Shown: positions 49,393-58,557, numbered from the stretch's first letter. The stretch: DNA of 58,557 nucleotides from Bdellovibrionia bacterium (GCA_030432925.1 JAUILT010000004.1:1-58557); one strand, 5' to 3'. The notes: generated by a model from the letters alone, not told the origin. Made by a program: numbers and translations.

Positions 49393-50735
49393 GTGAAGAC
49401 CGCTCAAAGATGTTGTCAATGACCATTCAAAAGCTTCATGCTCGAGGAGCCCGGTCCAATATTAAAAACATATTAGATAAGACACATGCTGCAGATGTGG
49501 CAGAAATGCTGGATCGACTTCCTCCCGAAGATCGCTATGAGATTTTTCTGATGATTAAAGAGGAGGAAAAAGCAGAGGTTCTTTCTCATTTAGAAGAAGA
49601 AGAACAAACGGAGCTTATTGCTCTTTTAAGTAAAGATGATGTTTTAAAAATTGTTTCTGATATGGATTCTGATGACGCTGCAGATCTTTTGGGGAATATT
49701 CCTGAGGAAGAGGCCGATGAAATTTTGAGCTCCATGGAAACAGAGGAGTCCAAAGAAGTGGCGGGTTTGATGGGATACCCAGAAGACTCCGCTGGTGGAA
49801 TTATGAGCTCCGATTACTTTGCTTTGCCACAGTCGTTGAGCGTGGCCCAGGTGATCAGTCGTATTCAAGAGGAGGGAGACCAAGGGACGGTGCTCTTTTA
49901 TGTTTATGTGGTCAATGACACTAACCAACTGGTAGGTGTCAGCAGTTTAAAGCAGCTATTGCTCTCTAAAAAAGACGACCTCCTTTCAGAAATCATGTTC
50001 ACTGATGTGATTTCTGTTGATGTGACCACCCATCAAGAAGAAGTAGCTAAGACAGTAGAAAAGTATGACTTTTTATCGTTGCCGGTGGTGTCCAATGGCA
50101 ATGAGTTAGTGGGCGTAATCACCGTGGATGATGTGATTGATGTGATTCGTGAAGAGGCCGAAGAAGACCTTCTAGCCATGGGACAGGCTGGTTGGGGCTT
50201 GAATATGTCCACGTGGGAACACTTTCTGGCGAGGATTCCCTGGTTATTATTTGCCTACTTAGGGGGAGGTATCTGTTTTGTGATTGTTTATGTTTTCAAA
50301 TCCTCTGATTCTTCTGATGTTACAAGTCTTTGGCTGGCGGCGGCTTTTGTGCCTTTGCTATTGGCTATGGGAGCGACCACAGGCTCTCAAGCCGCAACTA
50401 TGGCGGTGGGGAATATTCGATCTAGTGGCTTTGATATTTCCAAAGCCATCAAACAGTGGCAAAAAGAGCTGAAGTTGAGCATGGGTTTTGCTCTATTATT
50501 TGCTGTTACCACCTGGCTGCTGGCCTGGGTGTTTCCGTCTGTTGGAGATTTTGGTCTGCTATTTTCTGTAGCTATTGCCATTCAGATTATTGTAGCTATG
50601 ACTATTGGTAGCGGTATTCCTGTATTATTGAGTCGCTTGGGTGTGGATCCTACAGTGGCCTCCGTCCCTTTATTTACTGCTTTCGCCGATGTAACAGCTG
50701 TTGCTGTTTTGTTTGGTTTGATGCATAACTGGTGA
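49389..50735 (+). CDS. mgtE: Magnesium transporter MgtE
   Basis: MDSDDAAD, YPEDSAGGIM, CBS pair, GVITVDDVIDV, DPTVASVPLFT. Confidence 0.93.
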   Translation: MSEDRSKMLSMTIQKLHARGARSNIKNILDKTHAADVAEMLDRLPPEDRYEIFLMIKEEEKAEVLSHLEEEEQTELIALLSKDDVLKIVSDMDSDDAADLLGNIPEEEADEILSSMETEESKEVAGLMGYPEDSAGGIMSSDYFALPQSLSVAQVISRIQEEGDQGTVLFYVYVVNDTNQLVGVSSLKQLLLSKKDDLLSEIMFTDVISVDVTTHQEEVAKTVEKYDFLSLPVVSNGNELVGVITVDDVIDVIREEAEEDLLAMGQAGWGLNMSTWEHFLARIPWLLFAYLGGGICFVIVYVFKSSDSSDVTSLWLAAAFVPLLLAMGATTGSQAATMAVGNIRSSGFDISKAIKQWQKELKLSMGFALLFAVTTWLLAWVFPSVGDFGLLFSVAIAIQIIVAMTIGSGIPVLLSRLGVDPTVASVPLFTAFADVTAVAVLFGLMHNW

Positions 50736-51329
50736 ATGCAAAAAGTTTCTGATCGTTTTATTATTTTAAGGGCTCTTAAACACTCTGAATCTGATTTAAT
50801 TATTCACGCTTTATCTCCAGTAAGAGGGCGACTGAATCTCATTGCCAAGGGAGCTTTAAAGAGCAAAAAACGATTTGGTGGAGGAGTGTTGCAACCAACA
50901 CATTTTGTCGAAGCGTCTTTCAAGCAAAAATCAGATATGCAGGAGGGGCAGCTCCATTTTCTTGAAGAGGCTCAATTATTAAACGGGTTTGAAGCTCTGA
51001 GAGAGGATTATGATCGGCTCTCTTTAGCCTTTTCATTTTTGCAGCTCATTATTAAAGTCACTCAGGAAAATGACCCTGAAAGCCAGCCAATTTTTGACCT
51101 TCTGGGAAACACCTTGAAGGCCTTGGAAACGACTCAAAAGCCGGAACTGTTAAAACTACTGTTTGAAGGGAAGATGTTGTTAATTCAGGGGGTGATTCCC
51201 AGTGACCTTCCACACAATGATCTGTTTTGTCTCTCGGTTAGAGATCATGAGCAAAGTTGCATGCATGAGTCTGACGTGTCTCAACTACGGGGGCATATTC
51301 AGTATGCCCTGAAGTCTTACTTGGCTTGA
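50736..51329 (+). CDS. recO: DNA repair protein RecO (short)
   Basis: ILRALKHSESDLII, GRLNLIAKGALKSKKRFGG. Confidence 0.85.
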   Translation: MQKVSDRFIILRALKHSESDLIIHALSPVRGRLNLIAKGALKSKKRFGGGVLQPTHFVEASFKQKSDMQEGQLHFLEEAQLLNGFEALREDYDRLSLAFSFLQLIIKVTQENDPESQPIFDLLGNTLKALETTQKPELLKLLFEGKMLLIQGVIPSDLPHNDLFCLSVRDHEQSCMHESDVSQLRGHIQYALKSYLA

Positions 51330-51374
51330 ACTTCAAATCTGCCATGAGCTGTGGCACCGGACGGTGTCAATCCC

Positions 51375-51403
51375 ACAAAATCCCACATCGTGTGGGGTTT
51401 TGT
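51375..51403. terminator. Hairpin after recO (terminator or operator)
   Basis: ACAAAATCCCACA-TCG-TGTGGGGTTTTGT. Confidence 0.45.
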
Positions 51404-51471
51404 AATTGATTTTTTAGAGTGCCTTGTTGATGCTGATCGAAACAAGTAGAATCAAAGGATTGGATCAGCCA

Positions 51472-51816
51472 ATGATTATTGAAAACCTACATGACGTGTT
51501 CGAAAATAGAAAGCGAAGGAGACCGGGATACTCCTTGAGAGCATTTGCCAAGTCTTTGGAGCTAGATGCTTCTTGTTTATCGGCTCTTTTGAAGTCCAAA
51601 CGAAAACTTACTTTTAAAATGGCTCAGAAAATTGTTGAGAACGTCAAAGAGTTCTCTCCGGAACAGCGCTATCAGCTCTTAGAAGGGCATGCTGAGTCGG
51701 CGAATGAAAACTCAAACTCACGAATGCTTCTCAATGACAAATTCTCGCTGATCAGCGATTGGTGGAATTTTGCAATATTGGCCATTGGACGAAATGCCAG
51801 CCGTTGGCTGTCATAG
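51472..51816 (+). pseudogene. TIGR02147-like HTH protein, truncated by a mobile element
   Basis: RKRRRPGYSLRAFAKSL...LKSKRKLT and FSLISDWWNFAIL; runs into the element IR at 51786 and stops; no recognisable 3' half beyond the element. Confidence 0.65.
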
Positions 51817-51952
51817 AGCCCACAGCGGTGTTTCGGGGCGAGAAGTACTGATGAGGTAGGTCAACGTCTGGGCAAGAAGTGCCTATCCATCACCGAGAGT
51901 CAAAGGTTTATCCTTTTAGGTAAGTTCAACGCCTAACAAGGAGGAATAAACT

Positions 51953-52842
51953 ATGGCTACCGAACTCAAAAAACGCATGATCGAAGAGATGGAGCTCAGA
52001 AACTTAAGTGATCTGACGAAGTCTGGCTATTTAAAGTCAATGAAGGCTTTTGCGAACTATTTTAAGAAGTTCCCTGACAAGCTCGGAGTAGCTGATATAA
52101 AGACTTATCAGCGCTACCTGATCCAGACAAAAAGGATGTCGCCGAACTCAGTCAACCGGCACCTCTCAGCGATTCGATTTTTTTATAAAAACGTCATGAA
52201 TCGCCCGGAATACGTCGACCAAGTTCCACGGGTTAAGGCGAGAAAGAGCCTTCCAAATGTTTTAACTGAGGCTGAAGTGGGAAAAATGATTCAGTCGGTG
52301 GATAACCTTTTGTGGAAGGCTATATTAATGCTGAGCTATTCAGCGGGTTTAAGGCAAAGCGAGGTTCGTGGCCTTAAAGTTACTGATGTGGACAGTAAAA
52401 AGATGACACTTCATATTCGAGGGAAAATGGGCATTGAGCGTAAAGCCTTGTTAACCCCTATGGCGTTAGAGTGTCTTCGCGACTACTGGAAAAGCTACCG
52501 GCTTCGTCATCCAAAAAAGTCAGACTACTTGTTCATGCCATTAAAAAATAGCTACAACGGCAAGTTCAACAAGCAGCTGTCGCATACGGCCATCGGTTAT
52601 ATGGTCAGCAAAGCCGCTGAGCTTGCCGGTGTTAAAAAAAAGTTTACCCCCATTTGCTTCGCCATTCATTTGCCACTCACCTCTTAGAAAGAGGCGTTAA
52701 CCTCCGTCATATCCAGACTCTTTTAGGTCACCGAGATATAAGGTCGACAACAGTCTACACCCACGTCGCTGATCTTAACGGCATCTGTGCCCCTTGTCCA
52801 ATGGACGAGTATTTAAAGGGGGCCAAGAAAAATGGAAAATAA
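51953..52842 (+). CDS. Tyrosine recombinase (SAM-like N-domain + catalytic domain), split by a -1 frameshift at 52634-52642
   Basis: Frame 0 holds AGLRQSEV and RGK; the -1 frame holds [16 protein letters not shown] and TTVYTH. The junction is GTT AAA AAA AAG. Strong RBS AAGGAGG. Confidence 0.85.
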
Positions 52843-53995
52843 AAAACGCCCCGAAGTTGAAGTGGCCGATATTTTTCGCCAGTTCGATCATTTATTGGGT
52901 CCGATGCCAAAGAGTCATTGGAAGGTGGTGCAAGCTATTAAAAACTGCAGGACGGGTGCCCTTGGGGGGCACCTTCTTAAGTGCGGTGATTGTAGCCATG
53001 AAAGCCAGGCTTTTAACTCTTGCCGCAATCGGTTTTGCCCGAAGTGTGGCTATACCGCCAGATCCGAATGGGTGGAAAAGCGAACCAAAGAGTTGCTACC
53101 ATGTCCTTATTTTCACGTTGTATTTACACTGCCTTCAGAGTTGAGGGCCGTGGTTTTAAGAAACCAAGAGGTCTCTTATAATATTTTATTTAAAGCGGCT
53201 TCTGAAACCCTTAAGAGTATGGCTAAAAAAAATATCAATATAGATATTGGACTGATTGCGGTTCTCCACACATGGAGTCAAACACTGATTAATCACCCCC
53301 ATATCCACTGCCTGGTTCCAGGCGGTGGCCTCTCTGAAAATAAAAACAAATGGAAAACCTGCAAAGAAAGTTATCTCCTACCAGTGACGGCCCTTGCAAA
53401 AGTTTTTAAAGGCAAAATACTGGAGGCCTTTGAAGACGCGTTCAACAAAGATCAACTCAAATTTATGGGACAAATTGATTACCTCAACTGTCCAGGAAGT
53501 TTTAAAGATCTTTTGATCAAATGTGCCGGGAAAAACTTCCACGTTTATTGTGAAGAACCCTTTGCAGGACCTGAGCAAGTATTAAAGTACTTAGGAGAGT
53601 ACACTCACCGCATAGCTATATCCAACTACAGGATCATCAAGCTGGAAGATGGCAAAGTCTACTTCAAATACCGAGATCCAGACAACCCTGCAAAGAAAAA
53701 AGTGATGGCTTTGGAGGTGAAGGAGTTTATGCGAAGGTTTTTGCTCCATGTCCTGCCAAAGGGTTTTGTGAGAATCCGGCACTTCGGGCTTCTTGCCAGT
53801 CGGTTTAAACAGATCAATATAGACACCATAAAGAAGTTGATGGAAGTCGTAGAGACTACCCTAGAGGATCTCGAAAAATCCTGGCAAGACATTTTAGAAG
53901 ACACTTTGGGAAAGAAGTTGGACCAGTGCCCCAAGTGTCAAAGTGGCATTTTAAAGGCGGTGTTCTCGTACAGAGCCTTTTACGACACGGCTTGA
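52832..53995 (+). CDS. IS91-family Y2 transposase with Zn-binding domain
   Basis: [35 protein letters not shown] motif [19 protein letters not shown] (YxxxY), [19 protein letters not shown]-terminal CPKC. Confidence 0.93.
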   Translation: MENKKRPEVEVADIFRQFDHLLGPMPKSHWKVVQAIKNCRTGALGGHLLKCGDCSHESQAFNSCRNRFCPKCGYTARSEWVEKRTKELLPCPYFHVVFTLPSELRAVVLRNQEVSYNILFKAASETLKSMAKKNINIDIGLIAVLHTWSQTLINHPHIHCLVPGGGLSENKNKWKTCKESYLLPVTALAKVFKGKILEAFEDAFNKDQLKFMGQIDYLNCPGSFKDLLIKCAGKNFHVYCEEPFAGPEQVLKYLGEYTHRIAISNYRIIKLEDGKVYFKYRDPDNPAKKKVMALEVKEFMRRFLLHVLPKGFVRIRHFGLLASRFKQINIDTIKKLMEVVETTLEDLEKSWQDILEDTLGKKLDQCPKCQSGILKAVFSYRAFYDTA

Positions 53996-54434
53996 GTCGA
54001 CAAAAAATTCCAAGCGAAAGTAACGACCCTTATGTGGGCGTGATGGAGAGCTTTATTAATATCAAACAAAATAAAAAAATCTGAGGCTTCGATGAAAAAA
54101 ATACTTATCAACATAGGCAGAATGGACTGTGGCCACCCAGTGTTTTTAAGAAAAATCGTATCTTATGCGACGCTCGACCTTCGATTGAAAACCCATAGGC
54201 AGCGCGTAACGGCTGGATCTCGTCCACTGGGCGTTTAATCCCCGACCAAAACCTTACCAAATCATCATCAACCAATGAAACCAAGAAAAGGGGGCAGCCC
54301 AAAGATCAGCTATGCTGCGGTCGACGATTAAACGCTATACATTACCACCTGAATAAAAAGGAATGTCAGAAACATCAGGTTGCACAAAATGCCTGAGGCT
54401 TGGCTGACAAAATATACGCCATATGGGCAAATTT

Positions 54435-54944
54435 TTATTGCTCTTTGATCATTCGCTTAATTTCAGAGACTTCGCGGTCAACTTTTTCTTCTAATGTCTG
54501 CTGTTTTTCGTAAACTTGGTTGTAGCCATCCAGAACAAATCTGTTTCTGTCTTCTTGTGCTTCAACAAGGGCATTTGTTCTATGTACTGCTGCAACAAGT
54601 TTTTCTATTTTAGAATCCATCTTTTCAAGCTTTGAATTCATATCTGATCTAAGAGATTTTAAATCAGAGCGTACTGATTCAACTTCAGATTTGACTGACT
54701 CAACTTCAAATTTAACTGACTCAACTTCAAATTTAACTGACTCAACTTCAAATTTAACTGACTCAACTTCAGATTTAATCGAATCAACCTTTAAGTCTAC
54801 AGAGGTAAGCTCGGATTTTAATTCGGCCCTAAATTCATCTAGATGTTTTTTGGAGGCTGGGATATCTGGGGATTTTCTAGGTGAAGCAGCCTTTTTCTTC
54901 CCCGATTTTTTCACTACTTTTTTCGTTGATTTTTTCTTAGCCAA
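54435..54944 (-). CDS. Coiled-coil protein with basic N-terminus and tandem heptad repeats
   Basis: MAKKKSTKKVVKK, repeated VESVK(F/S)E, EAQEDRNRFVLDGY; GGAGG RBS before the TTG start. Confidence 0.7.
   Translation of the reverse strand: MAKKKSTKKVVKKSGKKKAASPRKSPDIPASKKHLDEFRAELKSELTSVDLKVDSIKSEVESVKFEVESVKFEVESVKFEVESVKSEVESVRSDLKSLRSDMNSKLEKMDSKIEKLVAAVHRTNALVEAQEDRNRFVLDGYNQVYEKQQTLEEKVDREVSEIKRMIKEQ
54673..54777. repeat. Tandem 21-bp repeat x5 (coding VNTR)
   Basis: ACTGACTCAACTTCAAATTTA-type units at 54673, 54694, 54715, 54736 and 54757; the middle three are identical. Confidence 0.9.
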
Positions 54945-55177
54945 TTGGAAGCCTCCACATCCAGCTCAATAAAACATAAAAAACCTTAAATGTCGCTAAA
55001 TTACTGTTGTCTGGCTGGCAGTAGAGGCTTTTAACTGCCCCAAATGGCCACTATTTGGGACAAAATTTCGTTCGAAAGCTGTAAGTATTTCATGGGCTTC
55101 CCGCTTATTTAAGTTCTTGATATTTCGTTAAAAACCCTTAGGTTTTAGATGAAAGTCCTTTTGTTGTAGACGTTTAC

Positions 55178-55193
55178 TGGCACAGGGGGTGCA
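55178..55193 (+). promoter_or_regulatory. Sigma-54 (-24/-12) promoter
   Basis: TGGCACAGGGGGTGCA, with GG and GC at the exact TGGCAC-N5-TTGC spacing. Confidence 0.5.
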
Positions 55194-55234
55194 TAGGCAG
55201 GGGTACTTAATCAAGTACGTATTTGGGCTAAAGG

Positions 55235-55996
55235 GTGTCAGTGAATATCAATTGGATTGGAACTATTCTGGGCGTTTTTATGTTTTTGGCTGGAGCGGAG
55301 TTCGCTCAGGCTAGGTGCTCCCATGCCATAAACAAAATTATCGATTCGGACAATCCTGTCTATGCCTGTCAGCTGGCCACCGACGACATGAAGTTTTGCA
55401 CCTCCTCTAAAAGAGGATGTTACAAGGTGGACTTCTCCTCAGCTGAAAAAAACCTTAGAAGTAAACTCAAAAATCAGCCTGGATACGCCAATAGAAAAGC
55501 TCTGCGTTTTTTGAAGAGAACTTCTGGCAAGGCAAAAGGTGTGTTGCTTGGGTATATGGATCTGATGAAGTGGGATAAGAAAGTTCGCGTAAAAACTCAT
55601 TTTCTGGTGCAGACAGGTCCTTACGGAAAAGTTCATATCACTGACAAACCCACGTCTGTCCGGTGCCTGACAGAAATTATGCATTCTGCCTACTTACTGG
55701 AGACCCATTTTTCTGAATACAGTTTTCAGATTGATGGAGATATTCGTAGTTGTCGCAACTTGAAATCTGGCGTTGAAGATTTGGTGAATAACAAGCACCG
55801 GGTGAAAAAGAATATTGCCAAGTTTCATTCCCCCATGCACACCGTTTATCTGACAACCCAAACCAAATTCAATCACTTCTTGGTGGGAAAAATGGGGCTT
55901 TACATCAATGTCAATCGCAGTAATGAGATCCCGAAGAGACTTATTAAATTTCGGGTGGGAACAAGTCAGATTGCCCATGAGACAAAAAGTCTATAA
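55235..55996 (+). CDS. Secreted basic Cys-containing hypothetical protein
   Basis: Signal peptide ending AQA; six Cys; no recognised family. Confidence 0.6.
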   Translation: MSVNINWIGTILGVFMFLAGAEFAQARCSHAINKIIDSDNPVYACQLATDDMKFCTSSKRGCYKVDFSSAEKNLRSKLKNQPGYANRKALRFLKRTSGKAKGVLLGYMDLMKWDKKVRVKTHFLVQTGPYGKVHITDKPTSVRCLTEIMHSAYLLETHFSEYSFQIDGDIRSCRNLKSGVEDLVNNKHRVKKNIAKFHSPMHTVYLTTQTKFNHFLVGKMGLYINVNRSNEIPKRLIKFRVGTSQIAHETKSL

Positions 55997-56071
55997 AGGC
56001 ACAATCAAGAGGTTCTTTTCCTTTATGGGTAATTTCAGAAAGAGGACCACGAGGGGTTGTTACAGCACTCA

Positions 56072-58201
56072 TTAAAAGGAGGTTTTTGAAATCAAATTGG
56101 TAGTGACTGTGTACTTACTGTATTGATTGGAACTGACATCAGAACCATTATTATTATAGGCAAGGGCCAGGCTGAAATTTAACCATTCATTTATGGGGCG
56201 AGAGAGACTGGTGTTGACTCCGGTATTCAGATCCGTTCGTTTTGTTGAGGCATCCGGATAGGTTTGTTGATAGACAGATAGACCCAATGTCCACGTGCTT
56301 TCCCACCAGTGCAATGGTTTAATAAATGTAGCTCCTGCCTCAATTCGTTGATACTTTTTATCTTTTCCGTCGGCGGTATTGAGTACGAATCCAAGGTAAG
56401 ACATCAGTATTTTTTTTCGCTTCTCATTGAGAAAATTGATGTGTTTAGTTTTGAGTGTGTACTTCATAGCATCGGCATTGGCATCACCAGTAGAAGAGGG
56501 AAGTAGTGAGTCATCCATTCGTGCTTCAAAAATATAAGAGGCAATCCACTTTTTCGACATCACAAAGGTGTTATCGATATTGGCCAGATAGCTATTTTGC
56601 ACAACCTCTCGAGTTCCATCATTGTTGGCATCGAGGTTTAAAGTTTCATAAGCGGGTTTAGCGGTCAAAGTGTAGCCCTTGCCCCAGGCAGTGCCTTTGT
56701 ATTTGTAGGGGGCTGAGAGATTATTCAAAAAAGGATCTGCTGTGGACACGGAGTCTTTGGAAGACCTTTGGTAATAGGTCATAAACGTTGGAACCCACTC
56801 GTGGGTGCGTTCAAAAATGGCCCGGTACTGAAGAAGCCCCATTAAGGTTCCTCGCATATCCCCTTCAATGGCTGTTCCTGACCCAGTATCTCCGTCTGGT
56901 GTCAAAAGCACATTGGAGTCGTACATGGCCCCCATCATGGCAGTTAGGGTGAAGGGTTTTTCTTTCTTTTTGTCCCAGGCCTGTTGGGCAGAGATAGACT
57001 CAATGTAGGCTTCTGCTTGGTTATCCATAGCTGGATCTGTGGAGGTGTCGAGCACATGCTGGAAGCTTTCTTTAGCGGGCTCCCATTGTTTGTTGCTCAT
57101 CTGAATCAGTCCTAGATAGAACGCAGCAGAAGGGCTCATGTTTTTGTCGTTCTTTTCTTTTACAAATTCAAATTGAGGGGTGGCATTGGGAAAGTCTTTA
57201 AGGTTGAAATAAGAAAGTCCCTGATAGAATCGCTTCTCGACAACCCGGGGGGTGTTCTGTGGAACCAGGTCAAACATCACCAGGGCTTCGTTGTATTTTT
57301 TTTGCCGGTACAGCGCGATCCCATAGTTCATATAGTAGTCTTTGTTCTCCGGGTTCAATTCCACGGCCTGTTGAAATAAATCACTGGCTTTTGCAAAATC
57401 ACTTTTAACAAAAAATCCCATAGCCTGTTGGGCTAGGTTCACAGCCTGAGTGGCTCGTTTTGCTTTCTCCGCAGCGGCCATAGTGGCCATCATTTTCAAT
57501 CGTTCTTGCTCTTTCTGGCGCTCAATCTGCTCCAGTCGTATACGTTCAGCCTCTTTTTTGGTGGCTTCGATTTCAGCGAGTTTCTTTTTCTTTTCTTCTT
57601 CTGCCAGCTTTTCTGACTCTAGAACGGACTCATCAGTTTTAGCTTTTTCTAGAAGGTCTTTGGTTCTTTGACTGCGCTTGTCCAGTTCGGCTTGTTTGTG
57701 AGCTTGCGTTTTCATGATTTCGTAGGCTTTTTTTGCCTGTTCTTGGGTGTCATAAACATCTAGGGCCATGCCGCCACCCTCAGTTTTTCGAAATACAACG
57801 GGTTTGTTTTTGATTTTTCCAGAGACGAGCATCTCTCGGAATTTTTTCATTCCATTTTCTCCCCGGAGGTTTTGTGGAGGAATGTAAACGTAGGGGCGGG
57901 TTTTTTCTACATCTCCCCAGTTGAGAGAGAATGCTCCTGAAAATGTGGAAGAGTCTGGCTGGGATTCGTCTAAAATTACTTTGGCGATACGACCAGACTT
58001 GCGATCCCGTAAAAATAAAAATGCAGAGTCAATTTTTGCCGGATCTGTATTCCAGGTAACGCTGCCATAAACAATGCGCGTGGCAGTTCCGGATCTTTTT
58101 TTGGCTACTGGAATCTGGCGAAGTTGGTCAGCCTGTTCCTGAGCGAAAGTAAAATATGACAGAGTGAAAGTCAGAGTGATGAGTACAAGATGGCGAATCA
58201 C
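56072..58201 (-). CDS. Coiled-coil + TPR + C-terminal outer-membrane beta-barrel protein
   Basis: Signal peptide, E/K-rich coil, TPRs, YDSNV barrel-start motif, amphipathic strands, terminal Phe. Confidence 0.7.
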   Translation of the reverse strand: MIRHLVLITLTFTLSYFTFAQEQADQLRQIPVAKKRSGTATRIVYGSVTWNTDPAKIDSAFLFLRDRKSGRIAKVILDESQPDSSTFSGAFSLNWGDVEKTRPYVYIPPQNLRGENGMKKFREMLVSGKIKNKPVVFRKTEGGGMALDVYDTQEQAKKAYEIMKTQAHKQAELDKRSQRTKDLLEKAKTDESVLESEKLAEEEKKKKLAEIEATKKEAERIRLEQIERQKEQERLKMMATMAAAEKAKRATQAVNLAQQAMGFFVKSDFAKASDLFQQAVELNPENKDYYMNYGIALYRQKKYNEALVMFDLVPQNTPRVVEKRFYQGLSYFNLKDFPNATPQFEFVKEKNDKNMSPSAAFYLGLIQMSNKQWEPAKESFQHVLDTSTDPAMDNQAEAYIESISAQQAWDKKKEKPFTLTAMMGAMYDSNVLLTPDGDTGSGTAIEGDMRGTLMGLLQYRAIFERTHEWVPTFMTYYQRSSKDSVSTADPFLNNLSAPYKYKGTAWGKGYTLTAKPAYETLNLDANNDGTREVVQNSYLANIDNTFVMSKKWIASYIFEARMDDSLLPSSTGDANADAMKYTLKTKHINFLNEKRKKILMSYLGFVLNTADGKDKKYQRIEAGATFIKPLHWWESTWTLGLSVYQQTYPDASTKRTDLNTGVNTSLSRPINEWLNFSLALAYNNNGSDVSSNQYSKYTVTTNLISKTSF

Positions 58202-58258
58202 TGGATGCTCCTCAAAATTGTGAATTAGGAGCTTTTATTATAGTGAAAGATAAAAACA

Positions 58259-58287
58259 AAAGGGACCTCTGATTAAGAGATCCCTTT
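58259..58287 (-). terminator. Intrinsic terminator-like hairpin
   Basis: AAAGGGACCTCT-GATTA-AGAGATCCCTTT, followed by a T-run on the minus strand. Confidence 0.5.
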
Positions 58288-58323
58288 CATGGTCGGGCTA
58301 AAATTTTTAACCGCGCCTAAGGT

Positions 58324-58557
58324 CTAGTTGCCGCTTTGAATTTCGATCAGAATTCGTGCCGTTCCAGATTCAATAATATCTCTACAGGTATCGCACTCGG
58401 GCACTTCAGGAATATCTGGAATGCCTGAAATATCATCAATCCCTCCCGGAAGATCCGGGATATCAATAACATCAATGTCACTTGGCGGTGGTGGAGGTAG
58501 ACAGCCGGCACATGCGTGGGGTGGAGGGTCTGCCGGAGGAGGGTCGTTGGGTTCTAC
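58324..58557 (-). CDS. 3' end of a Pro/Asp-rich protein (partial, runs off the window)
   Basis: Open minus-strand frame ...VEPNDPPPADPPPHACAGCLPPPPPSDID...ECDTCRDII...QSGN-stop. Confidence 0.6.
   Translation of the reverse strand, partial: VEPNDPPPADPPPHACAGCLPPPPPSDIDVIDIPDLPGGIDDISGIPDIPEVPECDTCRDIIESGTARILIEIQSGN

Larger units (their letters stand above)
51786..54226 (+). mobile_element. Tyrosine recombinase + IS91-type (Y2/HUH) transposase element
   Basis: Left end TGGACGAAATGCCAGCCGTT (51786-51805) and right end AACGGCTGGATCTCGTCCA (54208-54226) are inverted copies; they enclose the two coupled genes. Confidence 0.75.

Noticed and set aside
51787-51860. Hammerhead ribozyme (GAAA and CTGATGA core words)
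   Set aside because: A stem III-like hairpin exists, but stems I and II cannot be paired; kept only as a generic structured-leader finding.
51953-52842. Integron integrase IntI
   Set aside because: The IntI-specific insertion before the HxLRH box is not evident, and the gene is coupled to a Y2 transposase rather than an attI/cassette array.
54673-54777. Possible CRISPR or iteron array
   Set aside because: Head-to-tail repeats with no spacers, in frame inside a coding sequence.

Overview
Chromosomal window of a Bdellovibrionota-like predatory bacterium. This taxonomy is inferred from gene content: a Glt/Agl gliding cluster, a TIGR02147-like HTH gene, a split nuo operon, and many TPR and GYF proteins. 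Core content in order: an outer-membrane barrel, nadB, a degenerate histidine-kinase/GGDEF pair, alr, mlaE-mlaF-mlaD, purH, yhaM, rsmI, a GYF-GYF-PilZ gene followed by an aglRQS/glt-type gliding operon, an MdlAB-like ABC exporter pair, nuoB-CD-E-F-G-I, ugd, mgtE and recO. Accessory content: (1) an IS256-family element whose right inverted repeat lies beyond a passenger gene; (2) a three-gene hipBST-type toxin-antitoxin locus with four regularly spaced 18-bp operators; (3) a 193-bp TA-flanked palindromic MITE; (4) a 2.44-kb element bounded by inverted repeats, encoding a tyrosine recombinase split at an in-phase A-AAA-AAG -1 slippery site plus an IS91-type Y2/HUH transposase, which truncates a host HTH gene. 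The best candidates for undescribed biology are that recombinase/HUH element, a multi-stem candidate RNA directly upstream of the gliding motor genes, and a kinase-receiver-GGDEF module in which all three catalytic signatures are degenerate. No CRISPR array, tRNA or rRNA was recognised. All calls are from reading the sequence by eye; no searches were run.
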